DNA of 63,316 nt, filler included, from Rhabdomonas costata (GCA_019059605.1; 35 parts of 35 records of this genome joined end to end with filler, not necessarily neighbours in it), one strand, 5' to 3'. Shown: positions 25,066 to 37,717, numbered from the whole stretch's first letter. Notes: a model not told the origin generated them from the sequence alone. Translations and numbers: made by a program.

Positions 25066-26714
25066 CTGCGAGCCATACCGCCAACCGTCTCTCCACACAG
25101 TAATATGACCTTGCAACAGAGTGCAACCACAATCACCGGATTCAAGCATGGTACCCTTCCCGTCGACCACTTCCATCCCAAGTTCAAGCATCTCGACATC
25201 TTCATTATTTAATTGTCGTAGGACCCTCAACCCTTCCTTTCAACCGCCGGTAACCCACAGCGCGTGAAATACACCACANNNNNNNNNNNNNNNNNNNNNN
25301 NNNNNNNNNNNNNNNNNNNNNNTTAATTAATTAANNNNNNNNNNNNNNNNNNNNNNNNNNNNNNNNNNNNNNNNNNNNGGGGGGTTGTGTTTTGTTTCCA
25401 CGTGCCGGAGGTATGAAAAATGCCACCGAACATGAAGATTGAGAGGCTTGTGACGCTCAGAAGCTTTGTCTAATTCTGAGATTCCGGTGCAACTTACTTC
25501 ATGCAAGTATCGAACACAAAGGTTGGGTATTTGGACCGAAGATGGTGGCTCTCACGCAAACTCGACTGCGATGCTCTTCTCAAAAATCCAAAAAATCGGT
25601 CTATTCCATGCCGAAATCGAAGGTGGTCGATCCCCCCACACACCGAAACCAAAAACACGCCTTGAAAGGTCCGTTTTCATTCCGAATAGAAGAATTTTTT
25701 TTATGCAAAATGACCATTTTCGACGCCAGTGAGGTTTACCGATTTGGGACAAAACTGGGGCCATTCGGGCGAGACTATGACCCCAATTCTTCGACCTACC
25801 TTTATTAAAGAGGAGGTGGTGGTGGCCGCTAAAAAGGGGGTAAAGTACTGTCCCACACAGTCGATCGTCAGAGAGGATTTTTGGAGAACGAACTTCCGTG
25901 TGGACAGGGAAACGAGGGAAACGGCGGGGGGTGGGGTAAATTAGTTTTTTGGGGATCCCGCTTTGTTCACATTGTTGTTTGCGTGGGTCTTGATTGTGTT
26001 TTTTAATCCTGTCACTCATCGGGTGAACCATCTTGAGGTGTCTAGAGGTAAATTTCAGCCCATTAGTAATTTTCAGCTAATTAGAGCATTCAGACATTCA
26101 CCCCGGGTAGGGGCAAAGCTCTCCCCCCACCCCTCGGTACTGTACTGCAGCGTGACTAACTCGTATTGTTAGGATAAAATAGGATAAAAAGGAGAGAAAG
26201 GGAACAGGGGGCCACGTGGCATGTGACATGACAACTCAGCGTTTATATGTATGTTTACGTAGTATGCTACGAGTTGCAAGTCCTGGAATAGCTCCGCTTC
26301 CGTTGGACTTTCCTTTAGGCGTCACCAGGGCTGAAAGCATGAACCCGTGTGCACTGCACCTCGTTGCATCGAGCGACACACCATAAAAACATGTAGGAAG
26401 CGATTTGTGACAAATTTCCATTGGAAGTTTTGAATTAAGATCGGGGCGAAAAAATGTTAAAGCTGAGTCGAAGTTCTGAGTCAACAGGAGTCTTACTGAA
26501 TCAGAACCGCTGTAATTTTCTGATCGAACACCGTGACAAACCAAAAAGCAGCAGAATTGGAAGAATGTCGTCGTTGCTCGGAGAAGTGCAGTGGGACCGA
26601 TGGACGTTGAACTCGGGTGAGCAAGAGTTGGGTACTTTCGGTGTGTCTGGGGTTGGCCTGCTCTGTGCTCTGCAGAATCCCGCAAAATGTGTCACGGCGT
26701 TTGAGAGCGGGCAG

Positions 26715-26915
26715 TGGTACCGCTGGACCGGAGGCACGGAGAGGCCCGGGAACTGGAACGACGGGGGGGAGATGGACTTCCTGCTGGACGGCAAGCCCCA
26801 CCAGGTGAAGGAGGGGGACGAAGAGCGGGCGTCCTTCTTTGACTCCCCGGACCCCAACTACAAGTGGATATTTTCAGGACAGCTTGACAAGTTCGAGCAC
26901 GTCTCTGCTCCCAAG
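26715..26915 (+). CDS. Internal exon, hypothetical protein
   Basis: CAG|TGG...AAG|GT, 67 codons with strong GC3 bias, reading WYRWTGGTERPGNWNDGGEMDFLLDGKPHQV...VSAPK. Confidence 0.65.
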
Positions 26916-29718
26916 GTGCACCCGTATCCCACCCCAAACTCTTGGCTTTCCACCTTTCCTCCTGGCTCGCTGACTGGTTGGCCGAAAGAGGAGACTCCGT
27001 TTTTCTTCCTCCTCAAATTTGACAAAATCTAAAGAATACCAAACTGGAAAACAATGCGGATATCGTGTGATCCCTGCTCACCCACCAACCNNNNNNNNNN
27101 NNNNNNNNNNNNNNNNNNNNNNNNNNNNNNNNNNTTAATTAATTAANNNNNNNNNNNNNNNNNNNNNNNNNNNNNNNNNNNNNNNNNNNNAGCGGAAACC
27201 CGCCAGCACATCAAGGTGATTCCAGCGACTAGTTTCCAGCGGCATAACCACAACCAGCGGTAGGAACCATGTACGTGTTCCCCCGATATCTTTGAAGTGT
27301 GCCAAATAGGTCAAATAGAATAGGATGTTACGGCTCAGGACACGGAGGAGAGTTCTCAAGTGGATAAAAAGATAAAGAACACGTTGGTGTGCGCAGTCGT
27401 CAGAAATTTCAGAGTGGTTTTCGACGGAGTAGAGAGAGTGGTCGATATACGAGATTTGAGAAGAATGGGTGACCAGCTAAAGATTGGAAGTTCAGCGCTT
27501 GGGTTGAGAAAAGACGAGAGCGTTGCTGCAAGAGCATGGTGAGATGAGACTTCAGAAAAGCTCCAGAGTTGATGAAGTAGTGGTGCATTTGGATAAATCC
27601 AGTGAGGAAGTCACGGAAGATATATGGGAGCAGTTGAATGGAGATAAAGGGGAGAGAAGGACGAACCGGAGAGAGAGAGAGAGAGAGAAGGGCAAGACCC
27701 TCGAGTGAGACAGTGAGAGAAAGGATTGTGAAGGAAAGTGGAAAAGACGCGAAAAGCAGGAAGGCACGGCAAGCGAAAGGCAAAGGAGAAAGGAGAGCAG
27801 TCAGCGAGCAGAGAGGAGAAGAAATAAAGCGCACCAGAGATATAAGAATAAAGGCGCTCAGATAAACGGGAAAGGCTTGAGGCAAGACAATGGGTAATAT
27901 ATATAGAAGAGGTGTAGATAAAGGCTTACGAGGATAAAGGAAATCCTCGATGCGCATGGGTTTGTTGAGTTTTTGCCCAGAGAGGATCGACGAGGTCAAG
28001 ATCCTGCAAAATGGAGGAATTTGACAACGAGTGGATGGAGGATTAAAAGAGGAACAAGTCGGTGTTCTTCAACGCCGATTTCAAGAGATTAGAAGAAAGA
28101 TCCAGATAAAGGTCTGAAAACCGACGTCTGACGTCGGATGCTTTTTGGTTGAGTTTAATTTGGGTATACTTTGGTTTTCGTGGTGTTTTAGGGTTGTGAA
28201 TAGAAAGCTGTTCACCTATTTTACAGGTTGCAGCTAAAAGCCCAGCGGAGCGAGGCTAAAGCGAGATAGATGCGAGTCATGGCTAAAATGCTGAGAGCTG
28301 AACCTTCTTATTTTCCTGTGCTGTGCTTTGGTGCTGTTCCCTTCTTGGTTGCCTTGTTTTTGGGTGGGAAAGGCGTAAGCGGACGGATGGGTAGAGGCAA
28401 TACCTCCAGGACCCCACCTCCCAGAGGAACCCTCGAAAGCAAAGGCCTTTGAAACGAGCAGCCAGCAGAAGTCACAGCAAGAGAAGTCCAGCTAAACCGC
28501 TTTGCCAAGACCCCGGCCCCAGCCTCCAGCTAGAGCAAGCAAGCGCGGAGCCGAAGAGCCCGACGCCACACACACCCAAGCCAGAAGCCAAAGATATAGC
28601 CCACGCGGCGGCGACAGACCGCAGCGCACAAAGAGAGGAAGCCATACCGGGATCGGGATAAACTCAGCCTCGCTCTGGGTGTTTCCACCAAGTTAAACCG
28701 CGGCAGCGCCCACTTAGTGCAAGCTAAGTCGAGATACAGGCTGTCAGAAGCGGAGCTCAGAGCCACGACCACACGCAAGAGGTAGGAGGCACGTAATAGG
28801 ATCGGCGAATAGACGGCGTGTGACATAAGTCGAAAAAGCTCTGTCTCGCTGGCCTGCCGTCGTTCTCCTTCGAATCCTGATGAAAACAAACTAGGACAAA
28901 CCACANNNNNNNNNNNNNNNNNNNNNNNNNNNNNNNNNNNNNNNNNNNNTTAATTAATTAANNNNNNNNNNNNNNNNNNNNNNNNNNNNNNNNNNNNNNN
29001 NNNNNTTTTTGGTTGAACGGCGCGGTTTACGGCTTCAACGCATCTGGCCCTGTTTTGGGCCCAGCCAGCATCCATGAAATGGGTGGCGGAAATGGGCCAC
29101 GCCCGAAAAACGCTGCGGCATATTGTGTGCTCAAAAAGTTGGGCGGTAAAAACATGCACAACGGTAGTATTAGCAAGTGAATGTCGGCGAAAAGATGGAG
29201 ACGCGCCCTTTCCACGTACTCGTCGTTGATGGTTTCCTCGCATTCATTTCCCGCAAAACTGTCATGCGCGAGGAGTGGGAGCTCGTGGGCTCGGGTAGAA
29301 GTGACTGGTCTCGCTAACCCCTTATCTTCCCCTTGCATAAGTCATTCTTGATGGCGAATGCTAGAATAACTTGGTGTGACTATTGTTCTTCCCGTAACAC
29401 TTCTGTGGAATCCACTTGTGTCGAAGCCCACAGCTAGCAGCACAACAGGGAAGTCGTAATACCCACACCCCCGTCATCCTTCATAACGCTACGAGCGCTG
29501 TTAATAATCAACTAGAGCAGCTACGCCGCCGCAGCTCCCCTCAGTACCAGGTTAACACCCAGCCACAGCTCGGGTTGGAAGGCAGCACAGCATGGGTCAC
29601 ATTGGTCCTGAGCGACCAAAATGTTCGCCACTTCCGCCGCAGCGGCCAACCAAACATGTGGTTTGCTCAGGAGTATGCGAGGGAGTGAGGTCAGCTTAGA
29701 AGTTCATACTCACTGAGA

Positions 29719-30702
29719 TCACCGAACCCATTCTTCGCGCAAAAGTGTCCATCGCAGAACTCTCCAAGGTTGGGCTGGTGCAACGAAAAAGTCCGCAATT
29801 CGGCTGTCCACAAGGACATTCCTGCCTATCAGAAGTCCTTCATGCTCAAAGATAACGGTGGGGGTTGCTTCGGTGCGCACCCTGACGCGAGGGCGGCGCC
29901 CACGAGTATTGGAGGCGGTGCAGTGGGTTGTGGAAGGCATGGTGAATCGTCCGGGGTCGAAAGAGTGAAGCCATTCCAGCACCCATGGCACATAGACCTG
30001 AACGGGACGAAATGAGAAACAGAGCTTGTGCGCGAGTGCTGAAGCAGTCGCAACAAAATTCCACCGTCGAAAGGGATGTCGAGTGCATCTACGGAAGAAA
30101 TACATCGACCATTTTTTTTACATCGGCCACCAATATCTCATTGTGCTATGGCACAACTGCGCGAATCACTTCGCTGCAAATGCCAGGTACTCCACAGCAA
30201 TACTGACACAATTGGTATGGTTGCGATGTAAGATCGCTTTGTTTTCAAAAGTGAATGAAATGAATTGCTAACGTATAATACCGTGAGATAACCAGAAGAA
30301 GTTCCATTAAGTGGGCACGTGGCGTCTGTTATCGAAAAATTTCCAATTCCAGCAGATGCGCAGCATTAGCGAAGAGCTGGAAACCTGACGAATGACGTGC
30401 TCCATGGCAGTCCCGCTGTCGTAGCCCGAGCCATGCAGACTCTCCCAGCACTTCCAGGCCAGGCCCTGGCGAAATGCGGCCACCCACCGAGCACCACGGC
30501 GGCACGTCCCACCCACGTCTGCCTGGCTTCCTATTGTACAGAAGCTAAGCACCAGCTCCGCTAAATCCCAGGGCAGCGTCAGCAAAGCCGAGTCTCCCAC
30601 AGCGCAATCTCCAGCACTAAAGTGTTCGGGGTTTGCAAGAATGGCTTGAGCGTCTGGATCCGATTCCTCCGAGGCACATCCCAGACAGGGAAAGCAGCCC
30701 AT
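29719..30702 (-). CDS. Two-exon, 198-aa F-box-like protein with an N-terminal acylation motif (exons 30702-30385 and 29997-29719)
   Basis: Starts MGCFPCLGC. LLTLPWDLAELVLSFC...VGGTCRR is F-box-like. A phase-0 GT-AG intron joins the two ORFs through to a TGA. Confidence 0.7.
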
Positions 30703-30821
30703 CGGACAGAGGTGGGGNNNNNNNNNNNNNNNNNNNNNNNNNNNNNNNNNNNNNNNNNNNNTTAATTAATTAANNNNNNNNNNNNNNNNNNNNNNNNNNN
30801 NNNNNNNNNNNNNNNNNGTAG

Positions 30822-30924
30822 TGTTGGGGTGCCTTAGATTTCTTCCTTTAGCTTGTTCTCTCACCCTTACACTACTAGGAGAGCGGAGAACAAGCTAAAG
30901 GAAGAAATCTAAGGCACTCCAACA
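30822..30924. repeat. Contig-terminal inverted repeat (39-bp arms), probable fold-back chimera
   Basis: 30822-30860 is the reverse complement of 30886-30924 with one mismatch inside the G/T tail. Confidence 0.85.
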
Positions 30925-31216
30925 ATGGTCCAACTGTTTCTCCGTCGTCACCAAGAACAGCCTCACCAGTGCTCCCTCATGTAAAGTTGCATAACCGCTG
31001 CCCATATTAAGAAGCTAAACGCATTGGGCTCTTGACTGAGTTCGTAAAAATAGCCAAGGGTATCGTTCCCGCGCGCATACAAGTGCGAAACTCCAAGGAC
31101 AGCAAATTAGCTCGGTATCTTGGAGCCCAAAGCATCCCAAGATCACCGTTCCGAAAACACATCAGCCCCACAGAACCCAACCCCGAAAAAAGGTGAGGCG
31201 GCAGAAGAAAGACAAC

Positions 31217-32377
31217 CGACATCGTCCACCACCAGAACAGTAAGGTCCTCCCCGGCGGGCCCAAGGCTGCGCGGTTTCCCGCCCCCAGAGTTGCCCACGG
31301 CCATCTCCCCGAAACAACCCGGAAGCAAAGCGTCGAAGGCCTTGGCCAGCTTTGCCAAGCTCATCGGCATCGGCACGGTGCATAGGTCCGCCGCGGGCCG
31401 GTCCGTGCGGTAGCGCTTCAGGCTAACCACCGCCACAGCGAAAACCCGCAGCGAGGACGCGGCAGACCTAACCTCCTGCACGGCCTTTAAATCCTCGGCC
31501 CTCCGCAGCGTCTCTGTGGACCCCTCAGGGGATGGCAGCACGAGTACCACGGACTGCCCCTCGGGTACGGACGCCCATAGTGAGGCCGCCTCCTGGGTGC
31601 CGGAGAAGTAATGGTGGGGAAGCCCAAGGCACTGCAGCTGTTCTTGGAGTGCTGCCCCGACTGCGGGGTCGGGAGTCAGCACAATGGTGGTGGGAGGGCG
31701 CGGTCCCCGGAAGGTCGGGAGGGTGGCCGAGGCGTGCAGCTCAGGGGTGGCTGCCGTGGAGGGGTTGGAGTTGGGGACCCAGAAGAAGAAGGTGCTGCCC
31801 TGGCCATCCCCCTGGCTGCTGACGCCAAGCTCACCCCCCATCAGCTCCACCAGGTGCTTCGCTATCACCAGGCCCAGCCCCGTGCCTCCAAACCGACGCG
31901 CCATCGTAGCATCTGCAGCGACACGGTAGCACGTGAAAGAATGGAAACGTCCCCCCCAAACTCCACTGTCTGATCCACTGGGCAATCAAGCACACAACGT
32001 TTGTTCGAAACAGTGCACTTTGCACGCATAGAGAAGTGCATCAGCGAGGCGTTAAAGGGGACACCTCACCGCACCGGATGCCTGTATGGCCACTGAGAGG
32101 GTTCCTTTTCCTAGCCGAGAGGAGCACACGGTGGCGCATCGAAATAAAGGAATCCATAATGACGGGAGGTGTCAATTCGCAGCGACATCATAAAGGGCAA
32201 AAGAAGGGGAATCGCGCGGAGCTGGGCTGGGGGGGCACCAGCTTGCACAAAGGGCTGGAAGAGCCGTTGCATGGTTTCCTCAGAGAGCCCGATTCCCGTG
32301 TCCTGGACCTCGAAGTGCAGCCGGCTTTGGTCGGGGCTGAGGAAGCACCGCAGGATGACCTTCCCCGCGGGGGTGAA
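31217..32377 (-). CDS. Hybrid sensor histidine kinase: HATPase_c, degenerate receiver and start of a second receiver (exons 32377-32239 and 31912-31217)
   Basis: FT-x2-[10 protein letters not shown] (G1), LFQPFVQAD (F box) and [10 protein letters not shown]...MGG...GQGSTFFF (G2), ending in LTVLVVDD. A 326-bp GT-AG intron splits the codon for D. Confidence 0.93.
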
Positions 32378-34006
32378 CTGAAAGGGAATCAAACGCCAGC
32401 AAGCGGAAACGTGGATGCAGCTCATTTGGGGATTAGAGGTGGCGATCACAAACCCACCGGTACTCATTTCTCATCCTCACCCAACTCCAGGGCTAAACTG
32501 CAAGGTACTACTAGGGCGAAACCACAAACNNNNNNNNNNNNNNNNNNNNNNNNNNNNNNNNNNNNNNNNNNNNTTAATTAATTAANNNNNNNNNNNNNNN
32601 NNNNNNNNNNNNNNNNNNNNNNNNNNNNNGGTTGGGTGTGTTGGGAGAGAAGAAGTGAGAAGATAAATCTAGTCGTGACACCACATACTAATTGAGGGAA
32701 TGTCATTGAGGTTCTCGACGCCAATATCAGGCAAACTCACAGCTCCAAACTGCCGCAACAACTCGGGGACAATATCTTTGACGCAGACTGCGTGACCTGT
32801 TTAAGTGTTGAAGCGTCAAACAGAAGACTGGACACACGGAATTGAGGACATTGAGGCTCTGGCCCCGCGTGTCAACCCGAGACAAGGTTGTTTCGTATCT
32901 AGCAACGCGAATATCCTGGCCGGGTGTTGGTCCTTGTAACCGGCTTTTATGAGAGCCCCTAACCCTCCTCCCCTTTATGTTGGTTGCATAACCCGGTGCA
33001 TCCCAAATTCTTGAATGGAGCCCGGCAACTGAAGCCAGGCATACCATCAGAGACCTAACATTATGATATGACGTTATGATATGGTAGATCAGTACAATTG
33101 CAAAATAAAGGGTTAAGATTTGGTCCGGAGGATGCCATCCTTGATCCATTTAATTTATAAACAATCCAATATTTTCCAATATTCAATATTCCAACTTAAT
33201 AAACATTCCAATATTTTCACGAAGCTGAGACCTAACCATTATTGCCCCCCCTCCACACACACACACACGAAACTTGCGAGCGAATTTATGTTACCTGGAG
33301 CTGAAAGCGCGAATTTCCCACAGTAACATGTGTACCATCAAGGGCGAAGGATCACAATATAAAACAAACAAAGGCAACCTACAAACATATCCATGGCAAT
33401 ATCTTGGAACTGACCGGTTGGGTTGGTTGGGTTGGTTGGAACTGACCTGACGGATATCTATGGTGAGCCTTCCAACCACAAAGTATTTGCCGAAAAGAGG
33501 AAGAAAAGCAAAAAAACGAAAAAACGAAAAAGAAATACCACTTTCCCTTTTCAGCTTGGCAATCTGCTGCACGCAGTTATCAAGGGCGTCAACCGTGGGT
33601 CTTGTCTGTCGACCGTAAACCACAGTTGTGTTGCGAGGAGAAATCACAGGAGACACAGGCGAGTTTGCAAGAAACCGCGGGGGAACATTGGGAAATTGAC
33701 CATATCTGGTGTTTCCACGTGGTTGATACATCCTCTCCGCAAAAAATTCAAACCTGCAGCAAAACAAACTAGGATAAAGGAGAAAACGTCCGGAAATTTT
33801 TTTCGGGGTGGGGTGTTCACCACAAAAGAGAAAGGCTCAAAACTCCGCCTTGGTTCACAAGGGTTTACCTACAGTCTTCTAAGACATTAAGAGTCTTGGA
33901 TTCCAAGTCTCAGGAAGAAATACATTTCCGAAATTACTGAGTCCATCCGTGGCCCTGTTCTCTATTGTTGTTGCGCTTCTTTGCGTTTTCGTTGTGTTTC
34001 TTCCGG

Positions 34007-34072
34007 ATGCCGCTCATGGTGGTGATGGTGATGCTCATGGACCCACCCCTCACCGTGCAGCACGTCGTGCAG
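34007..34072 (+). CDS. Possible first coding exon, hypothetical protein
   Basis: ATG follows a pyrimidine tract and CG. 22 codons (MPLMVVMVMLMDPPLTVQHVVQ) end at CAG|GTAGAG. Strand and frame are not independently supported. Confidence 0.35.
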
Positions 34073-34695
34073 GTAGAGCAGATCCACACCTATGTCAGAA
34101 CAGGCGCGACACATGGGGCTTGACGCCCCGGAGGAGCACGACGACCAACACCGGCACGAGCACGAGCACCATGACCCACCCCATGGTTGTGGATGGCGTG
34201 ATGGATGGGTGCTGGCTGATGGTTTCGTTCTTCTTGCTCTTCGCGTCGTCGAGCTCCGGAGCTTGGGGGCCTGAAGGCGCCCCGAGAATGGCTGGTGGCG
34301 GGCTGCCGGGACTCTGCGAGCCTTCCGTTAGATCCACGGCTTNNNNNNNNNNNNNNNNNNNNNNNNNNNNNNNNNNNNNNNNNNNNTTAATTAATTAANN
34401 NNNNNNNNNNNNNNNNNNNNNNNNNNNNNNNNNNNNNNNNNNGTCGTGGTTCGTGCTCAAGAGATGCTGACAGTCCATCGCCACGAATTGTATGTGGAAC
34501 GGAAGAGCAGCCTCCAAAAGAGATACTTGAGGACCACGAATCCTGTGACTCAATGTTTCATGGGATGCCTCCAAATTTCCAAATTTCGAACCCTCACATG
34601 TTCTAGTTTGTCACCTGCCTGTTCCGTAAGGATTGCCAGGCCAGAAAGGTGAAGAAATCTATGGCTCCATGGCGTGCGCTACTGCTCATCCCCAG

Positions 34696-36039
34696 ATCCT
34701 GCGGAGGTATTTGGGTGACGACCACCTGCACTCCTACGGGAAGTGTGAGAACAACCGCAAGGGGCTGGTCGACCTGTACGGCACGGACTACAAAGAGAAG
34801 AAGACCAAGGTAAGTGCTCTGCGCATTTGTGTACATAGACCGAATGTCAGTCCGTGAATCTTCCAGTGATTACGCTGTCTCGCAGCATCTGTACCATTTT
34901 TTACCCTTCACACCCAGCTCGGCCTATGAATAGATGAGCTCATGAGCAGTACGCTATCGTGCTGTCGCTGTCATATCCCCTTCTTTACTTATATTGTAAA
35001 TATTGTAGCACACTCCTCAGTCCTCGAACAGTTTGTCGACCTGTTGAGGTCGTGCTTATTCTTTTTTGCTTTTGTTTTTCCTTTATTTTCTGTTATCCTC
35101 AAGAAATTAACTAGTGAATTTGAGTAAAGATTGGGGTCAACTTGAGCGGTCCTATCCCTTTTTCCTATCCGCTTTTCCGGGCGATTGCTACCAATTGCAA
35201 GTCTTTATCCCACACATCCACACCGCGTCCCACGCTCTCCGTCCCCAATGCGCGCCCTGTCCCAATGTCCCATTCGTCTCAGTTTTCTTCCCCAACCTTC
35301 ATAGCTCCTGAGGACGTACAAGTTCCTGCTGGTGTTCCAGAACTCCGACTGCGACTCCTTTGTGGACGATCAGATCACTCACGCCAGGAGCGCGGGTGTC
35401 ATTCCTGTGTACGTACTCCCCCCCCCCAGTGCTCCGTGTCTGTTCTGCTGGGGAGTGCAAAGATGTATTGTCGGCATCACCACAAAAAGTCACAACTCAC
35501 AAAAGTATGCACCAAATCACGATTTAAGAGCTAAACCGGGCGGTGAAAACCTGTGTTCCACGGCTGTTTTTTTTTTTTTACTGTTTTTGATCTTTCGGTG
35601 CCACCTCTTCGTTTTGAGTTGACCCGCCCACACTAATGGGCGGTGAACCCCCGAAAAAGAAACTGCGGAAGCGGGCAAAACGTTTTCACCCACGTTCTTT
35701 TTTCCGGACGGTGCCCCGGCCGACAACAAAAGCACCGGTTACCCGGCCGACCCTGTCAAAATCAAAGCGTCCCAAAGTTCATGCCAAGTTCGGAGGGGGG
35801 TGGGTCGCGAAGGTACATGGGGACGCAGTGGGTGGACGAGTTCCTGCCCGGCCACCTGATGCGCAGTGTGGTGTTTGCGCGGGACTTCCCCTCGGTGCGT
35901 TCGCTGGCGGTGTACCTGCTGTGGCTAGCCCGCGATGAGGTGGCGTACCTGCGGTACCACCAGTGGCGGACCTTGGGAGTGGGGGACTACCGCGGCCGCC
36001 TCGCGGAGCAAGTCTTCAACCGGACCTACGACATCCATT
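34696..36039 (+). CDS. Glycosyltransferase family 10 (alpha-1,3/4-fucosyltransferase-like), three exons (34696-34809, 35305-35408, 35813-~36039)
   Basis: LHSYGKCENN...K|LLRTYKFLLVFQNSDCDSFVDDQITHARSAGVIPV|YMG...DFPSVRSLAVYL...AYLRYHQWR follows the GT10 C-terminal pattern. Two GT-AG introns keep the frame. Confidence 0.88.
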
Positions 36040-36892
36040 GTACACCACCACCTTCCTCCTGTTGCCCTCTTTCCCTCTCATGGGCATTCACCTGTCACTC
36101 ACTCACACAAACCCCTCCTCGGAGACCCGAGCAGCAATGGAACAGCGCGAGTNNNNNNNNNNNNNNNNNNNNNNNNNNNNNNNNNNNNNNNNNNNNTTAA
36201 TTAATTAANNNNNNNNNNNNNNNNNNNNNNNNNNNNNNNNNNNNNNNNNNNNTTTTTTGGGGGCGAGGTATCGAGGGCCTTTCAACTTATGCTCTTTGTT
36301 GATTTTCGCTGGCAGCTCTGCCAGAACGATCACAGTTGTTTACGCGTTTGGTAATCTCCTGGGTTCCAGGTTATGACGTGCGTTGCTTTCTCTATGCTCA
36401 GATTGGGCTCCTATGGGCCCATGGGCACGACGACGCAGAGGGCCTTCACTGTCGTGGGGTCATGCGTTCCCCGGGGGCTGGTTCTGCAGAAGCTGGCGAA
36501 GCTGATCCCCTTTGAGGTTTTTGCTTTGTTTTTTCCCGCATTTTAATTGTTGCCTTTTTGATATTGAGTGAGATAGAGGAGCATGAGGCGCGACGTTGTT
36601 CACTGTCGTCTTTTTTCCCTTTTTCTTTGGTGTGGGCACCCATGCTTTTCTTTCGTGATCTGTCCGTCAGGCTTTTTTATCAGCGCGGTGTCGGTGGTGA
36701 CATCGATAGTGACGTCATGGTTTGCGCTCGAGATAATCTTCAGCTCGCCAATTTCCAGCGGAACTTATTTGCTGAGCTTAAGATGGACAGAGTACAAACG
36801 CTATGGAAGCTTTCGAGCTTTCATCGGCAGACTAAGGTGTTCAGGGCACTCGGGCTTGGAGTTCCGATCCGCCCGCCTATTTCCTTGTGCAG

Positions 36893-37054
36893 CTGCTCCT
36901 GGATAGCGCGGTGCACCTTTTGGTCAAGGACAGCGTGCAGTGCCGGCTGGCCCTGGTGCTGCCGCTGTGGGACGGCAGCGTGGAGAATGCCTATGAGGTC
37001 CTCCCTGGAGCGCAGCACGCGGCCGACGAGTGGATGTACCAGCTGCAGGAGAAG
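36893..37054 (+). CDS. Internal exon, hypothetical protein, ending at a probable GC donor
   Basis: CAG|CTG...GAG AAG|GCATGT, 54 GC3-rich codons. Same donor hexamer as both cyclase introns. Confidence 0.55.
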
Positions 37055-37543
37055 GCATGTGCACTGCGCGCTCTGTTTGGACATTCCCTTGACAGCTTCG
37101 ACGGGATGGATGCTTTGGACCTTTTAGGTGGTCTAGAATGGTGCTGTTTCGGTGAAGCAACCCTGTGACTCGTGCAGAGTCTTGCACACTAGGGGTCCTA
37201 TTGTGCGCGATCGCGGTCAGGGAGCGACTCTAAAAAATGAAATGACAGGATGACGGGTTCAAGTACTTCCCTTCTACAATTTAGCTGGCCGGTCGGAGAG
37301 GGGCAGCAAGATACAATTGAGCACGGGGTGAAGTGGGAGAGAATGTTTACACCGAGGAAATCGGAGGCTTTCTAGTGCTGAAAACAACGACCACCGTGGT
37401 TCACTTTTTCCGAGCCCTTTTGCTTTCCCGATGAGGTGTCAGAGATCAGTGGGGGCTCTCCACCTTCAGTGGTCGGGTAGAACGTGTGCTTCTTTTCTTT
37501 CCTTCCTTTTCTTTTCTTCTTTGCGGATGTGTGTTCTTGGAAG

Positions 37544-37717
37544 GATGCAGGACCCCTTGGCGGAGCTGGTGAAGGTTCCCCCACAAAGTCTCGGGGTGGG
37601 ACAGTACCAGCACGACCTTCCGCAGGAGGCCTTGGCCGCCGCCCTGGCTGCGACAGTGGAGGACTGCGTCAACCTTGTCGGGGTGGACCTCAACGCGGCC
37701 TCCGTCTCCCTGCTACG
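37544..37717 (+). CDS. SRBD1: Exon of Tex/SRBD1 (S1 RNA-binding domain protein)
   Basis: [25 protein letters not shown]...[21 protein letters not shown] is the Tex signature. Confidence 0.92.

Noticed and set aside
27360-28120. Purine-rich region as a decayed tyrosine recombinase
   Set aside because: Only vague R-x2-DI and YRRG similarities among many stops; not supportable.
6723-32377. Receiver, cyclase and histidine kinase as a clustered signalling system
   Set aside because: They lie on separate size-sorted contigs, so co-occurrence in the window is not linkage.
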